64,000 bases of DNA from an uncultured virus (IMG/VR IMGVR_UViG_2030936005_000022). Taxonomy: Duplodnaviria; Heunggongvirae; Uroviricota; Caudoviricetes. The position numbers were made by a program, and so were the translations under genes. The notes below the pieces were generated by a model. That model searched no databases. It saw only the letters and a list, made by a program, of their open reading frames with translations, and had not been told where the DNA came from. Of the stretch, positions 37,798-47,885 are shown piece by piece. The DNA is taken from IMG/VR virus record IMGVR_UViG_2030936005_000022, positions 62,001-126,000 of that record. One strand, written 5' to 3'. Position 1 is the stretch's first letter. Each line of letters opens with the position of its first letter.

Positions 37798-38541
37798 TTA
37801 CCTCTTGAATCTGTCAAAGCTATGCTCATCTTTCGGTCTACGGAAGTGACGTGGAGTTTTACCACTGAACATAGTAAATGTTAAATCACCACTCAAGAAC
37901 TGACTATCAATCCACATACGGTTACCGTACACTAATGGGTCAACTACACCAGTGTGTCCAGAAAGTACATAATCGATACCAGCAATCTTTGGTGCGTTAG
38001 GAGTTTGATTGTACTTACAATCATCGAATACTTTACGATCCCAAATGATTTCTTCCACTAAGTCCCATTTCATAGGCTTAACATCAGCAACAAAAGTATC
38101 CCAATCAGTATAGCGTAGTGGGACTCCACCGTGAACTAGACCAATCTTTAAACCTCTGTGATGAATTTCAATGATTAGTGGTAGTTGATCAACGAAAGGT
38201 CTGAAGTACTGGAATCCAGTTTCTCCTACTTCGTTAAGGAAAACATCACCACCGTTCTGCATATGGCAGTGGAAGAAATCTCGACGATGTTCACCCATTA
38301 CGTACATGTTTTCATGGTTCCCGATGATCATATAACGGTTCTCTTTGAATAGGAATTCGAATAGTAATTTAGCACTTTGAGGACCACGATCAATAACATC
38401 ACCTACACTAAAGACATAATCTTTATCAGTGATTCCAAATTCCTTAAGTGAACGTTCATACAAATCAGCATTACCATGTAGGTCACCGACGATGAATAGT
38501 TCCCGGTCATCGGGAACTACTATTTTCTGAAAATGATTCAT
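37798..38541 (-). CDS. Ser/Thr protein phosphatase (lambda NinI/PphA-like)
   Basis: GDLHG, GDVIDRG, GNHE, NGG, VHGG, WDR, GHT. Confidence 0.92.
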   Translation of the reverse strand: MNHFQKIVVPDDRELFIVGDLHGNADLYERSLKEFGITDKDYVFSVGDVIDRGPQSAKLLFEFLFKENRYMIIGNHENMYVMGEHRRDFFHCHMQNGGDVFLNEVGETGFQYFRPFVDQLPLIIEIHHRGLKIGLVHGGVPLRYTDWDTFVADVKPMKWDLVEEIIWDRKVFDDCKYNQTPNAPKIAGIDYVLSGHTGVVDPLVYGNRMWIDSQFLSGDLTFTMFSGKTPRHFRRPKDEHSFDRFKR

Positions 38542-39164
38542 AAATTTGTTGTCTCTATATTATTAGCATAATCATAAGCTAATTTATTTTTAATATTATG
38601 TAAAGCGTCAACCACATCTTGATAAAAGAATGGCTCATTTTTATACTTATCTATAATAAGATCAGTATATTGTATTTTACCTAATTGCCATGCTTTATGT
38701 GCTTCATTTGTAGTTTTGTATCTACCTAGATTTTTAAGTACACCAAACATTCTTATTGATGTTTTATACAGATTTCTATCCTTAGATACACCCAATGGAT
38801 ATATACCCCTGCTACCAGCACTAATACGATAGGCATTATTAATATACACTGGAATCAACAAACATGTATCAGGTGAATACATATGTAAATCTGTTTTTAA
38901 ATCTTTATCCAATTCCAAAACACTTATATATTCGCCAACTGGATGTGAATCAATCCATTTTTTGAAATTACTGAAGTACTTCCACTCTTCATGAACCATT
39001 GACCCACTGTAGGTTGGTCTACAAGATTGGTATTTTACACTAGTGGTTCTAATTTTCATCTGTGCCCATTTGTCGTAAATTGGGCAAGTCCACACTTGTT
39101 TACACTTACCGTCAGTGGTTTCATATAGAGATACTTTATAATCAGCATCATTTATGAATTCCAT
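38538..39164 (-). CDS. HNH-type homing endonuclease with AP2-like C-terminus
   Basis: W..M..R, EWKYFSNFKKW, LDKD, YSPDTC...IN, PLGV, LGRY....EAH.AW. Confidence 0.8.
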   Translation of the reverse strand: MEFINDADYKVSLYETTDGKCKQVWTCPIYDKWAQMKIRTTSVKYQSCRPTYSGSMVHEEWKYFSNFKKWIDSHPVGEYISVLELDKDLKTDLHMYSPDTCLLIPVYINNAYRISAGSRGIYPLGVSKDRNLYKTSIRMFGVLKNLGRYKTTNEAHKAWQLGKIQYTDLIIDKYKNEPFFYQDVVDALHNIKNKLAYDYANNIETTNL

Positions 39165-39167
39165 ATT

Positions 39168-39857
39168 TTACCTTATAAAATTTAAGTACTCAAGGATGTT
39201 CTGACAATCACTATCCTCAAATACTATATCTTCATCTATTCTTACTATCCATACACCATCGCAATAAGTCATATAATAGTCTTCATCACTATGCCACAAA
39301 CCAATTTCAATACTCGGTTTACCTTGATATGCTGAATTGGAAGTAAGGTGCTTAACCATATTCTCTAAAAATATATGACCATTCTGGAAATCGAAATTTC
39401 CACGCAATACATATACAGTGAATTGATCACCATGAACATATGGTGTCATTACACGGAAACCATTTCTACTCAAGAAATCTGCACTAGCAGTACTTCCACA
39501 AATAGCGGCATTTGAGAAATAAGCATAGTCATCTAATTCTTCACGAGCATTAGCTTTGATACCTTCAATTTCATTCTCCAGTACTTCTAATTGCTTCTGA
39601 ACAAATAACATACCATTTCTGGATTCTTCTGCTTTTATTTTCTCACTAATGAGATCCATTTCAATTCGTTTAGCTTTAGTATCATTATGATCAAACCCAT
39701 GACTATATTGTAAATCAACTAACTCTCCAAACAAATCATTCTTCTTTAGATATAAGTTATTGATTTCACCTTTAGTTAAAGAGATTAATTGCACGGAAAG
39801 TTCATTGACCGTATCATAACGGTCAGTGAGTAATTTTACATAGTCTTGTGCTGTCAT
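39168..39857 (-). CDS. Hypothetical protein
   Basis: 229 aa, N-terminal coiled coil. Confidence 0.75.
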   Translation of the reverse strand: MTAQDYVKLLTDRYDTVNELSVQLISLTKGEINNLYLKKNDLFGELVDLQYSHGFDHNDTKAKRIEMDLISEKIKAEESRNGMLFVQKQLEVLENEIEGIKANAREELDDYAYFSNAAICGSTASADFLSRNGFRVMTPYVHGDQFTVYVLRGNFDFQNGHIFLENMVKHLTSNSAYQGKPSIEIGLWHSDEDYYMTYCDGVWIVRIDEDIVFEDSDCQNILEYLNFIR

Positions 39858-40192
39858 GATTTTTTAATAATAACCTTTGGGTCAGAATTGTGTTTATTAT
39901 AACGGTCACGAACAATACTATTCTCGGACTGATCTACACGCCAGCGTTCACCACAAGAACGACACTCACCCTCGTACCAGTACTCATCATCTGAACGACA
40001 ATAGTTTCCAGTGTCAGAACGTGCACAAACTGTCATGTGTCGATGTTGACAAGTGTCCTGTAAATCTTGAATTTCTTTATAGAGGGCAGCTTGTTTCTTT
40101 TGAATAGCAATGATTGCTTCACGGCGTTCAGCTTCTTCTAAATCAAAGAACTGCTCTCCATTATCTGTGTAATAGATTTTCTCTTCTCTCAT
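39854..40192 (-). CDS. Small Zn-ribbon protein
   Basis: CQH...CRSC; N-terminus similar to 37083-37310. Confidence 0.7.
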   Translation of the reverse strand: MREEKIYYTDNGEQFFDLEEAERREAIIAIQKKQAALYKEIQDLQDTCQHRHMTVCARSDTGNYCRSDDEYWYEGECRSCGERWRVDQSENSIVRDRYNKHNSDPKVIIKKS

Positions 40193-41085
40193 TACATTTC
40201 CTCTTTGAATGGTTTAATCATGTGTTGGTTTGCATGGAAACGCTTGACAAAATCATCTTCACCAAATTCACGGAACAAAGCAATAATATCATAGAAACGT
40301 TTATATGCGAATTCACGGAACCATCCAGAAGTAATACTAGTACAAACCTTAATCAAGGCAGTAATGAAAGCATGTTTTGGAGTTGGTTCGAAGTTGAATG
40401 GAATCAAACAACGTTCTAGTGCTAGTACACAAGTTTCCTCATACACACCTAGTAGCTGTCTGATATCACTGCACTCAAAGAACTTAGCCTTGTCAACCAT
40501 TACTTCAGCACCATCTTTCATATAACTTTTATATGCAGGTGCATCCATAATAGCGACGGCTTCATGAATGGTATCGTGGTCATAGATGTACCCAACCTCA
40601 TCTTGGAAGAAGGTTTCTTTGGACTGATTGAGTACTGGATGGTCGTAATTATACGTTTCTTTCTCCCGAATGTCAAGGATTTTTTTCAACTCCACATCGA
40701 GACTTGCACCCATCTTTTCCATATCGCGAATATGAGAACGAGTCTTTAGAAAGTGAGGACTATTACGCAAATAACGATGAGACATTTTAATACAGTACAA
40801 TACATTTAGTGAAGCGATTACATCTTCTTCTACACCCCAAGCATTACTGTACTTCATTAATTGTTCAGTACTATTATTGTCGTGTGCAATGTAGAACTCA
40901 TAGTTCAAACCATTACAGAATAGATGACAATAATCGGAGGTACGTTTGTGAATAACAAAATCCTTCATATTACTGAAGTACTCAATTTGTTCATCGAGTT
41001 CTTTATCAGTGCACATGTAGTCTAAATCTTGTGGGGTAATCTCTGGCTTATAGGATTTATAAGCATAGGAACCAATTGCTAGCAT
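40192..41085 (-). CDS. Phage protein with N-terminal nucleotidyltransferase-like motif
   Basis: IGSYA...QDLD; KMSH; YDHDTIH; EETCVLALER. Confidence 0.6.
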   Translation of the reverse strand: MLAIGSYAYKSYKPEITPQDLDYMCTDKELDEQIEYFSNMKDFVIHKRTSDYCHLFCNGLNYEFYIAHDNNSTEQLMKYSNAWGVEEDVIASLNVLYCIKMSHRYLRNSPHFLKTRSHIRDMEKMGASLDVELKKILDIREKETYNYDHPVLNQSKETFFQDEVGYIYDHDTIHEAVAIMDAPAYKSYMKDGAEVMVDKAKFFECSDIRQLLGVYEETCVLALERCLIPFNFEPTPKHAFITALIKVCTSITSGWFREFAYKRFYDIIALFREFGEDDFVKRFHANQHMIKPFKEEM

Positions 41086-41651
41086 AGTCCGTCCTCCATC
41101 ATGTATTTTAATGCGTCTTTTAGATTGTTGTACTGACGTAAGTAAGTACCTTCAACGCAGTATAAGTTTTTGTGCGGGAAGTAATTCATATTCATAACCG
41201 AATCACCTCTAATAGCAAGATTGTAACATAAGTCTGTTTCCATTACATAGCTAGGTTTTGTGTTTTCTAATGCTATTGGAAGGTAGTATAAAATCTTTTC
41301 AATATTCTCTTTGATATATATGCGGTCAGCATACCAAATGAAATTTTGTCCAGAAACATCACGGTCTAATTTCATTGTCCAAAAGAACGCTTTGCATTTA
41401 TCTAGATAGTATTGACTACGGCTATAAGTGATATTGTCACAGAAGTATTTCATTTGTTCTTCAAATGGTATATAGATTACAGACTGTATATCTCTGCGGT
41501 CAAGTTCTTCTTGTAGTTTATCGTATTCACGTTGATACTCCAGCACGGTATGTTGAATACTACTCAACCGATTCTTTTCAAATTTAATTAAAGAACCTAG
41601 TGCATTCATTTCATCAAGAATATGTTTATCAGATTTTTCATTACCAATCAT
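41079..41651 (-). CDS. Hypothetical protein
   Basis: GAGGT SD. Confidence 0.75.
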   Translation of the reverse strand: MIGNEKSDKHILDEMNALGSLIKFEKNRLSSIQHTVLEYQREYDKLQEELDRRDIQSVIYIPFEEQMKYFCDNITYSRSQYYLDKCKAFFWTMKLDRDVSGQNFIWYADRIYIKENIEKILYYLPIALENTKPSYVMETDLCYNLAIRGDSVMNMNYFPHKNLYCVEGTYLRQYNNLKDALKYMMEDGLC

Positions 41652-41663
41652 ATTACCTCACTT

Positions 41664-41685
41664 AAACGGGGAGAGTACTCTCCCC
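41664..41685 (-). terminator. Hairpin/terminator, perfect 18-bp palindrome centred on AGTACT
   Basis: GGGGAGAGTACTCTCCCC. Confidence 0.65.
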
Positions 41686-41691
41686 TGATAA

Positions 41692-41916
41692 TTAGCAGAA
41701 GTCAGAGCTAGATAGCCATTGACCACCAGAGTTACCGTGATAGTCACGTAGATATTCATCTTCGTTGATGTACTTCTCACAATAGAATTCTTTATCAATG
41801 ATGTTTAGACTAAAGTTAACATCGTTATCATCAGCAATTTTCATTAGCTCACGAATCTTGATAGTGATTTCTTCAATGCGTAGATCGATTTCTTGTTGTA
41901 CTGGACTCTTAGACAT
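41692..41916 (-). CDS. Hypothetical protein
   Basis: 74 aa ending WLSSSDFC. Confidence 0.7.
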   Translation of the reverse strand: MSKSPVQQEIDLRIEEITIKIRELMKIADDNDVNFSLNIIDKEFYCEKYINEDEYLRDYHGNSGGQWLSSSDFC

Positions 41917-41918
41917 TA

Positions 41919-42173
41919 TTACTTTCCTTTTGTTACTTTTATATTTTTCAAATTAGATAAATCAATTCCGAATAGACCCAAAAGCCCACGGAGCGTGTAC
42001 CAAATAATATGATGCACAATACAAGGCCACAAAATGAATGTGAGCAATGAATCTTTTAAAAACTCTGGTAGATATACTTCTCTTCCATAATCGCGATAAT
42101 CATATAGAAGTACTCCTAAACCTCCTAGAAATCCACCAATCCAAATTAGAATAGCAAGTGTTATTAAACTCAT
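41919..42173 (-). CDS. Small membrane protein (WP-motif trio)
   Basis: TM...ILWP. Confidence 0.65.
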   Translation of the reverse strand: MSLITLAILIWIGGFLGGLGVLLYDYRDYGREVYLPEFLKDSLLTFILWPCIVHHIIWYTLRGLLGLFGIDLSNLKNIKVTKGK

Positions 42174-42391
42174 ACCTTATCCTTCTTTTTCTTTTTAAGT
42201 ACTATTTTAGGAGATGCATGTAGTAATGCACCAAGTACGATTATCATAACAATAGGCCAACAAAAACCAGCTACTATATCAATGAATACATCACCTAAAG
42301 TATATTCGTCACTTAGTACATAATCGATAATCCAGAAGAGTACGGTAAAACACCCACACAAGTATAGATATATTAGTACTTCATTAGGCAT
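42170..42391 (-). CDS. Small membrane protein (WP-motif trio)
   Basis: Start MPNEVL after GGAGG; FCWP. Confidence 0.65.
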   Translation of the reverse strand: MPNEVLIYLYLCGCFTVLFWIIDYVLSDEYTLGDVFIDIVAGFCWPIVMIIVLGALLHASPKIVLKKKKKDKV

Positions 42392-42567
42392 GAACGTATA
42401 CCCTCCCAAATAAACAATGATAAGAAGAAAGGCCACAGGATAGCAAGTCCGATGCTTGTGACAATGTTTACAAGCCACCAGCCAGCATTTAGTGGGAAGA
42501 TTTCTGAAAGTACACACCATACAAAAATTACAGCAGCTACAATCAGATAGATATAAAGAATAGTCAT
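42373..42567 (-). CDS. Small membrane protein (WP-motif trio)
   Basis: ILWP. Confidence 0.65.
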   Translation of the reverse strand: MTILYIYLIVAAVIFVWCVLSEIFPLNAGWWLVNIVTSIGLAILWPFFLSLFIWEGIRSCLMKY

Positions 42568-42568
42568 T

Positions 42569-42826
42569 TTATTTCCTTTTTAGATGTACTGGTACATGAT
42601 AAAATGGATTGAAATCTGCACCATTGGTATCATGAATACATACGTTAAATGTTTTACCAGTGAGAACATCGGCGGGAGTTTCAATAAATTTGTGTAGAAC
42701 ATCGACATTGGTCGGTTCGGTTATCACAGTTACATCATAACCTTCTTCACGTAGTATAGCAGCAATTCTCATGCTTGTCAATGTTTTTCCACAATGACTT
42801 GAACCTTCAATTTTAATTTTAATCAT
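42569..42826 (-). CDS. Small P-loop protein
   Basis: IEGSSHCGKT...GYDV..ITEP, like a truncated thymidylate-kinase N-terminus. Confidence 0.6.
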   Translation of the reverse strand: MIKIKIEGSSHCGKTLTSMRIAAILREEGYDVTVITEPTNVDVLHKFIETPADVLTGKTFNVCIHDTNGADFNPFYHVPVHLKRK

Positions 42827-43304
42827 TTATTGTACAAAGCTCCGAGTTGACTCTATCCATTCCTTCAGTGTCAGTGAAATGTATTTGTGTACCCACTGGA
42901 TCTACTGTATGAATAGTGAATGTAACATCAGCTTCATCATCCATTTTAATAGATTTACCAATGTACTTTTGGCGAATAAGTTCAAGTACTGCATTAGCTT
43001 CTTTTGCAACACTGATTACCATTTCATACATAGTTAATATTGGTTCAGGATCTACAACTTCTTTTTGTATTGATACAAATCTAGTGTACGCAATTTGTTG
43101 TATTCCAATTTTAACCTTACAATACATGTGAAGTTTAGAATTTTTATCTACAGAAAAACCATACACCGAGTCAAATACATCTTCACTCTTTAGAGAAATT
43201 TTAAATGTATCATTAAAGGGTTTTACATCCTGCATTAGAATTTGCTCTGCATTCTTTAAGTTTTTGAACTTATCTATTAATTCATCTTTAATCACGTAAT
43301 TCAA
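42819..43304 (-). CDS. Hypothetical protein (paralog run 42819-44637)
   Basis: N-terminal ELIDKFKNL helix shared with neighbours. Confidence 0.7.
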   Translation of the reverse strand: MNYVIKDELIDKFKNLKNAEQILMQDVKPFNDTFKISLKSEDVFDSVYGFSVDKNSKLHMYCKVKIGIQQIAYTRFVSIQKEVVDPEPILTMYEMVISVAKEANAVLELIRQKYIGKSIKMDDEADVTFTIHTVDPVGTQIHFTDTEGMDRVNSELCTIND

Positions 43305-43794
43305 ACTCCTGTAGGCTTTTTACTAATATACTTCTATCAGGATTACGCAATTGAATCGTAATATTATTATAGAAGTCAATATCGGCTATACAATATACAT
43401 CACCATTTGATTGGTCCACAACAATACGATTCAAATACAGATCTTGAATCTGTTTTTTACTTTTGTTTATAATATTCCGTACTGAAAGAAAATTGGAACA
43501 AACTTCTTCAATTTTCTTATGATTAGTTTTAAATGCATATACATCATACATTTGCATTTTAGTACTAAAAGTCTTCCATCCACTAGTAGTTCTGGGTTCA
43601 TCTTGAACTGTAACTTTACAGTGCATGAGAATTCCACCACTACCTTGACTCAAACTAAGAGGATATATTTCATCAATACTATCATCATATTTGTGCTTAA
43701 GACGAAGGTTTTTTAATTCAAGTAAAGCACGTCCCTCAAATTGTTTTAGTATATTAATTAGACTATTGTGACGATCAATTAAATCGCAATTCAT
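43288..43794 (-). CDS. Hypothetical protein (paralog run)
   Basis: CDLIDRHNSLI; MHCKV versus MYCKV in the neighbour. Confidence 0.7.
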   Translation of the reverse strand: MNCDLIDRHNSLINILKQFEGRALLELKNLRLKHKYDDSIDEIYPLSLSQGSGGILMHCKVTVQDEPRTTSGWKTFSTKMQMYDVYAFKTNHKKIEEVCSNFLSVRNIINKSKKQIQDLYLNRIVVDQSNGDVYCIADIDFYNNITIQLRNPDRSILVKSLQEFELRD

Positions 43795-44137
43795 AATATA
43801 AATCCTCACCAGCCAGTACTTCAGCCTTTTTTATTTCTGCACAAACCAAGAGATATGGATAAAGAATCTCTTCTATTCTATTAGACTTACCACGAAGTTC
43901 ATCAACTGTAAATGTTCTCAATGAAGTTTGTGGCATTATTGGATACCCACTATTATCATATAGTTTTATTTCACTACCTAATAATTTTATTCCATCTTTG
44001 GTGATCACAATATTGGATACAGCAAGTCTAGTTCTTGAATTATTTGATAGTACTGAATTTAATGCTTTAACTGTACTGACTCTTAGTTCATCTAGTGCTA
44101 GAATAAGATTTTTGTACTTCTGTAAATTATCATTCAT
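43775..44137 (-). CDS. Hypothetical protein (paralog run)
   Basis: DNLQKYKNLI. Confidence 0.65.
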   Translation of the reverse strand: MNDNLQKYKNLILALDELRVSTVKALNSVLSNNSRTRLAVSNIVITKDGIKLLGSEIKLYDNSGYPIMPQTSLRTFTVDELRGKSNRIEEILYPYLLVCAEIKKAEVLAGEDLYYELRFN

Positions 44138-44637
44138 ACATAATTCCATTCGGTGTAGTTAAAACGATTGATAGCCACTTCTCTACCACTTTCCCGGTGT
44201 TCAGCCTTGAGGTAAAATCTGTTTTCACCAATAGTTACTAAACGTGTAATTATATATATGTCCAAATCATAAGTACACATACATTCTCTTCCACGGTACT
44301 TATCTTCCAAATCATCTCTGGCATCGTATGCGAGTGATAGTAATTGATAATATGCAGATGCACAAGGTTCAACTAAATTTGCCAATTCTGGACAATTATT
44401 CATTTGTATCCAAAAAGCAGCTTCGGAAATACGGAAAGAACCTTTCTGTTTTTTAAGAAGATTGAAACGTAACTGTTCAATACCCGAATCATCAAAATCC
44501 AGTACTAGATATTCATATCCATCAAGTACTAAAATTTTATTGCAAATCTGATACCTTATTGATTTTTCTAAACTTTTAGCACTAGTAATAAGTGATTCAT
44601 ACTTACGTCTTAAGTCGCAGTACTCAACTGTAATCAT
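44134..44637 (-). CDS. Hypothetical protein (paralog run)
   Basis: CDLRRKYESLI. Confidence 0.7.
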   Translation of the reverse strand: MITVEYCDLRRKYESLITSAKSLEKSIRYQICNKILVLDGYEYLVLDFDDSGIEQLRFNLLKKQKGSFRISEAAFWIQMNNCPELANLVEPCASAYYQLLSLAYDARDDLEDKYRGRECMCTYDLDIYIITRLVTIGENRFYLKAEHRESGREVAINRFNYTEWNYV

Positions 44638-45026
44638 TCAATAATCCTTACTAGACGTGTTGCACCGTTACAGTACTGAATACAATACGGTCCGAATTTA
44701 CCATCAATATTATCCTGCATGAATCTTTCAGTACTTTCACCCATAGATTTAGCTGCTTGAGCAAGATTGAGATAATACATTTCCGTATCATCACTGTAAT
44801 AAACATCTATAACAGCATGATTTCTGGGAATATGTACTTTACGGACGAAGTGATATTGTACTGTACGATCAACAATTTCATCAGGCTTAGTAAAGAAAGT
44901 TTTATCTTCACTCATTTCTACTACTAAAATGAAAAGCTGTAATGGATTATCAAAGCGAAGCATTTTCACTAAATCTTCAAAACCACTCTCACCACGTCTA
45001 CCAATAAGAAAAGTATAATCTTCCAT
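44634..45026 (-). CDS. Hypothetical protein
   Basis: 130 aa. Confidence 0.7.
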   Translation of the reverse strand: MEDYTFLIGRRGESGFEDLVKMLRFDNPLQLFILVVEMSEDKTFFTKPDEIVDRTVQYHFVRKVHIPRNHAVIDVYYSDDTEMYYLNLAQAAKSMGESTERFMQDNIDGKFGPYCIQYCNGATRLVRIIE

Positions 45027-45037
45027 ATAGAATCCTT

Positions 45038-45061
45038 AAAAGGGCAGTGCAAGCACCGCCC
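45038..45061 (-). terminator. Terminator after pseT
   Basis: Minus strand GGGCGGTGC-TT-GCACTGCCC-TTTT. Confidence 0.7.
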
Positions 45062-45066
45062 GTATT

Positions 45067-46000
45067 TTAGAAATTACCTTCAGCCACGGCAAAGACCTTT
45101 AGGCCGATTAGGTTCCTCCACATTTTCACGACTTGTTCGCGATCATCGAATACTTTGACGACTTTCATCTTACCATGAACGTGCTTCATGTACAACTCAT
45201 ATTTCACGATATCATCGCTACGGTTGTCATGTTCTTCACGCATGAAGATGTGATCAACTGGAACATTGTGTTTTTCAAACCATGCAAGGGTATCAGCCAT
45301 ACAGGTTTCATGACGACCACTCATGACGATTACTTTACGACCGAGGAAGTTCTTTTCTGCTAGTACAGAAAGGATTACTTCAGGATCGGGTTTATCGTCA
45401 AGTACTTTAGTCTCGTCATAAGGTCCACGGTTCCACATATGTGCAACAGTACCATCCACATCCACGATGATATATTCTTGAGCATCTTCTGCGAAGAACT
45501 CAGAATTAACTACGTGTACAAAAGAACTGTACAAGTACTTCACTGCCATATCATCGATTACTGATTCAGGAACTGCTTTAACGCGGTTGATGTTACGAGC
45601 CTTACAGTGTTTTACGAATTCTTTTACTGCAAAGAACTCGTGAACAAAGTCTTTACCCTTTTTGTAACTCAGTGAAGAAGTTCTGTTCTTTGTAAGTGTA
45701 TCCATGTGCCTTAGCAAATGCTTTCCACTTCTCACGAACTGTTGGGTTAAGGTTCGTGTCAGAAACGATGATGTTCCACTTGTTAGCTGCTGCATGTTCC
45801 GCTGCACTGCACTGTACAGATTGTACGTACTGTTCGTTGTCTTTACGGAACTTGTAGTTCTGGTGTGTACCAGCCATTGTCTCACGCACGTCATCAAGGT
45901 TGACGTTTACCGTTTTGGACTTTGCAGTACGTACCTGCTCGTTAGCCCAAGTACTTTTACCGCACCCCGGAAGTCCCACCGTTAGTGTTAGTGTTGGCAT
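45067..46000 (-). CDS. pseT: Polynucleotide 5'-kinase/3'-phosphatase split by a +1 indel at about 45666
   Basis: GLPGCGKSTWA, NLDDVR, SDTNLN, RN..R...VPESVI; HAD DVDGT, SGR, K, FDDR. Confidence 0.93.
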
Positions 46001-46211
46001 CTTTGTTTACTCCAAATTTGTCTGTAATGATATTCAAAACGTGTTCACCTACGCGAATACTCGCAGTATCTTTTGCACCACTGTATTTTAATGGTATCCA
46101 CTCTAATTTAGCTTTGTGTAGAAAAGCTATACAACGACGATAATCACCTAATGAGAAAAATTTAACCACTGACATATCCTGTACTACACTGTGGGTAACT
46201 TCTACTTTCAT
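45957..46211 (-). CDS. Hypothetical protein
   Basis: 84 aa with SD. Confidence 0.6.
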   Translation of the reverse strand: MKVEVTHSVVQDMSVVKFFSLGDYRRCIAFLHKAKLEWIPLKYSGAKDTASIRVGEHVLNIITDKFGVNKDANTNTNGGTSGVR

Positions 46212-46221
46212 TTCTCTTCTC

Positions 46222-46494
46222 CTAAGCGTCTATAAAGTCATAATTATTGAACATCAAATCAATGTTGAAATATGCATCTGAATCAAAGTACAAACAATTA
46301 TCAATACAGTATATCTGATTTCCGATACCTTTGCAATGATTATATATGTCCTCTCGATCTTTTTCTGAGACTCCTGCACCTTTATCAATGCAGTACCATT
46401 TCTCATTATAATGCATAATCGTTAGAACGTCAACCCTACGATTAGTCACGGTAATCTGTTCTCCCCATATTTTGAATGAACCTATTTTGATCAT
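46222..46494 (-). CDS. Hypothetical protein
   Basis: Likely start MIKIGSF. Confidence 0.6.
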   Translation of the reverse strand: MIKIGSFKIWGEQITVTNRRVDVLTIMHYNEKWYCIDKGAGVSEKDREDIYNHCKGIGNQIYCIDNCLYFDSDAYFNIDLMFNNYDFIDA

Positions 46495-46705
46495 AGATTC
46501 GTTCGGTCTTCGGTTTTTTGGGCTTGTGCTCCTTCTTGTACATAGTACTACTAATACCAAACGTGTTGGCAATCCGCTTCTTACTCTTCTTCACTCCCGC
46601 AAAGGAGCGTTTTGACTGCAAAGCGTCAATCTCTTGAAGTATTTTTCTATGTTCTTCTGGAGTACGGGTTTCTCCCTTTTTTAGTTTATATTTTGTGTTA
46701 GCCAT
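46442..46705 (-). CDS. Small Lys/Arg-rich protein
   Basis: GGAGA SD, 87 aa. Confidence 0.65.
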   Translation of the reverse strand: MANTKYKLKKGETRTPEEHRKILQEIDALQSKRSFAGVKKSKKRIANTFGISSTMYKKEHKPKKPKTERIYDQNRFIQNMGRTDYRD

Positions 46706-46733
46706 AACTTCTCCATGTCTTGGCTTATATGTA

Positions 46734-47885
46734 TTAGAAGTCTTCTAACACATCTTTCATGTACTTCAACATCACTTCTTTGTAATCCACAGGTTTATTG
46801 TTGTATAACGCAAAAGCAATACCTTGATGATTCAAATCCTTTGGCAAGTTACGCTGTACTACTAAAGCGAACTCTTTACGATCAAGATCTTTATAAGCAC
46901 TTACAAAATCCTGCACAGTCTGTTGTAAGTTATTATAGGTTGAAAATACTAATTTTTCCATACGCTCAATCTTATCTAAGCAGTACTGATCAGTACTAAA
47001 CATCTGACGTAAATCATCCGATCCACCTGTTAGTACTGCTTCGTATAGACGGGAATCAACGTTAATACTATCCTTAGTGAAGTGCAATGCACAGTACCAC
47101 TCGGTCTTAATTTTAAACATTGTACCATCTTTTAATTGAACGACAAAACCTTCGATACCCGTCATTTTATAAACAGACTCAATCGAATCTTTTAAAGTAT
47201 GACACATTGGGAAGGTTTTGTCAATATCCCCGCTGTTAGAAAATACTGATTTATTATATAGTACCGGGAAACGTTTTTTCAACGCTTCACCTGTTAGTAG
47301 CTCACCAGTGCTGCGGTGACGCAAGTTTAGTACAGTCAACTCATCTTTCTGATATGGTAACACAATCCTGAACTCAGGGGAAGTGTACTCCAAATTCACC
47401 GTGTACATCGCTAGGTCAGCTTCAATGATTGCCTGATGGAAATCATCATCTGCGTGAATTAACGCCGTAGAATTGATTGCATGGTCGCTGTGCATAGATG
47501 TATGAGACTTGGTACGGATCACTCCGTCATTATCAGTGAAAGTACTGATAATCGAACCATCACGCTTATCCATAGCAATTGTAATTTCCGAAGATAGAAC
47601 ATCCTTCGGGAACATCACTAATGGATTCTCATAAGCGTTAAAGAATTTCTGTGGTGTACGACACGCGACACGGATTAAAGAACCGTCCGGGCGAATCTCG
47701 AACATTGTACCACGACACTCTAATGCCGATGGCTCTAAGAAATCCGAATAGGAAGCAAGACGGTACGCAAAGGTACGATACAAGCCACCAGCAATTGATT
47801 GTGTGTCACGGAAAAAGAATGCTTCGTTCTTTTCACATAACTGTAGTAACTCATTGTACAACGTAATGATTGAAGGGGTTGCCAT
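46734..47885 (-). CDS. rnlA: RNA ligase 1 (T4 Rnl1-like)
   Basis: ECRG, KFFN, DKRDGS (motif I), LEY.SP..RIVLPY, IEGFV, FKIKTEWY..LH. Confidence 0.95.
   Translation of the reverse strand: MATPSIITLYNELLQLCEKNEAFFFRDTQSIAGGLYRTFAYRLASYSDFLEPSALECRGTMFEIRPDGSLIRVACRTPQKFFNAYENPLVMFPKDVLSSEITIAMDKRDGSIISTFTDNDGVIRTKSHTSMHSDHAINSTALIHADDDFHQAIIEADLAMYTVNLEYTSPEFRIVLPYQKDELTVLNLRHRSTGELLTGEALKKRFPVLYNKSVFSNSGDIDKTFPMCHTLKDSIESVYKMTGIEGFVVQLKDGTMFKIKTEWYCALHFTKDSINVDSRLYEAVLTGGSDDLRQMFSTDQYCLDKIERMEKLVFSTYNNLQQTVQDFVSAYKDLDRKEFALVVQRNLPKDLNHQGIAFALYNNKPVDYKEVMLKYMKDVLEDF

Noticed and set aside
38538..39164. HNH gene as part of a group I intron
   Set aside because: Flanking genes are intact and abut it with no room for an intron core; it appears free-standing.
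45640..45680. Programmed frameshift between the PNKP kinase and phosphatase parts
   Set aside because: Needs +1, has no canonical slippery heptamer and falls inside the kinase domain; six similar breaks point to assembly error.
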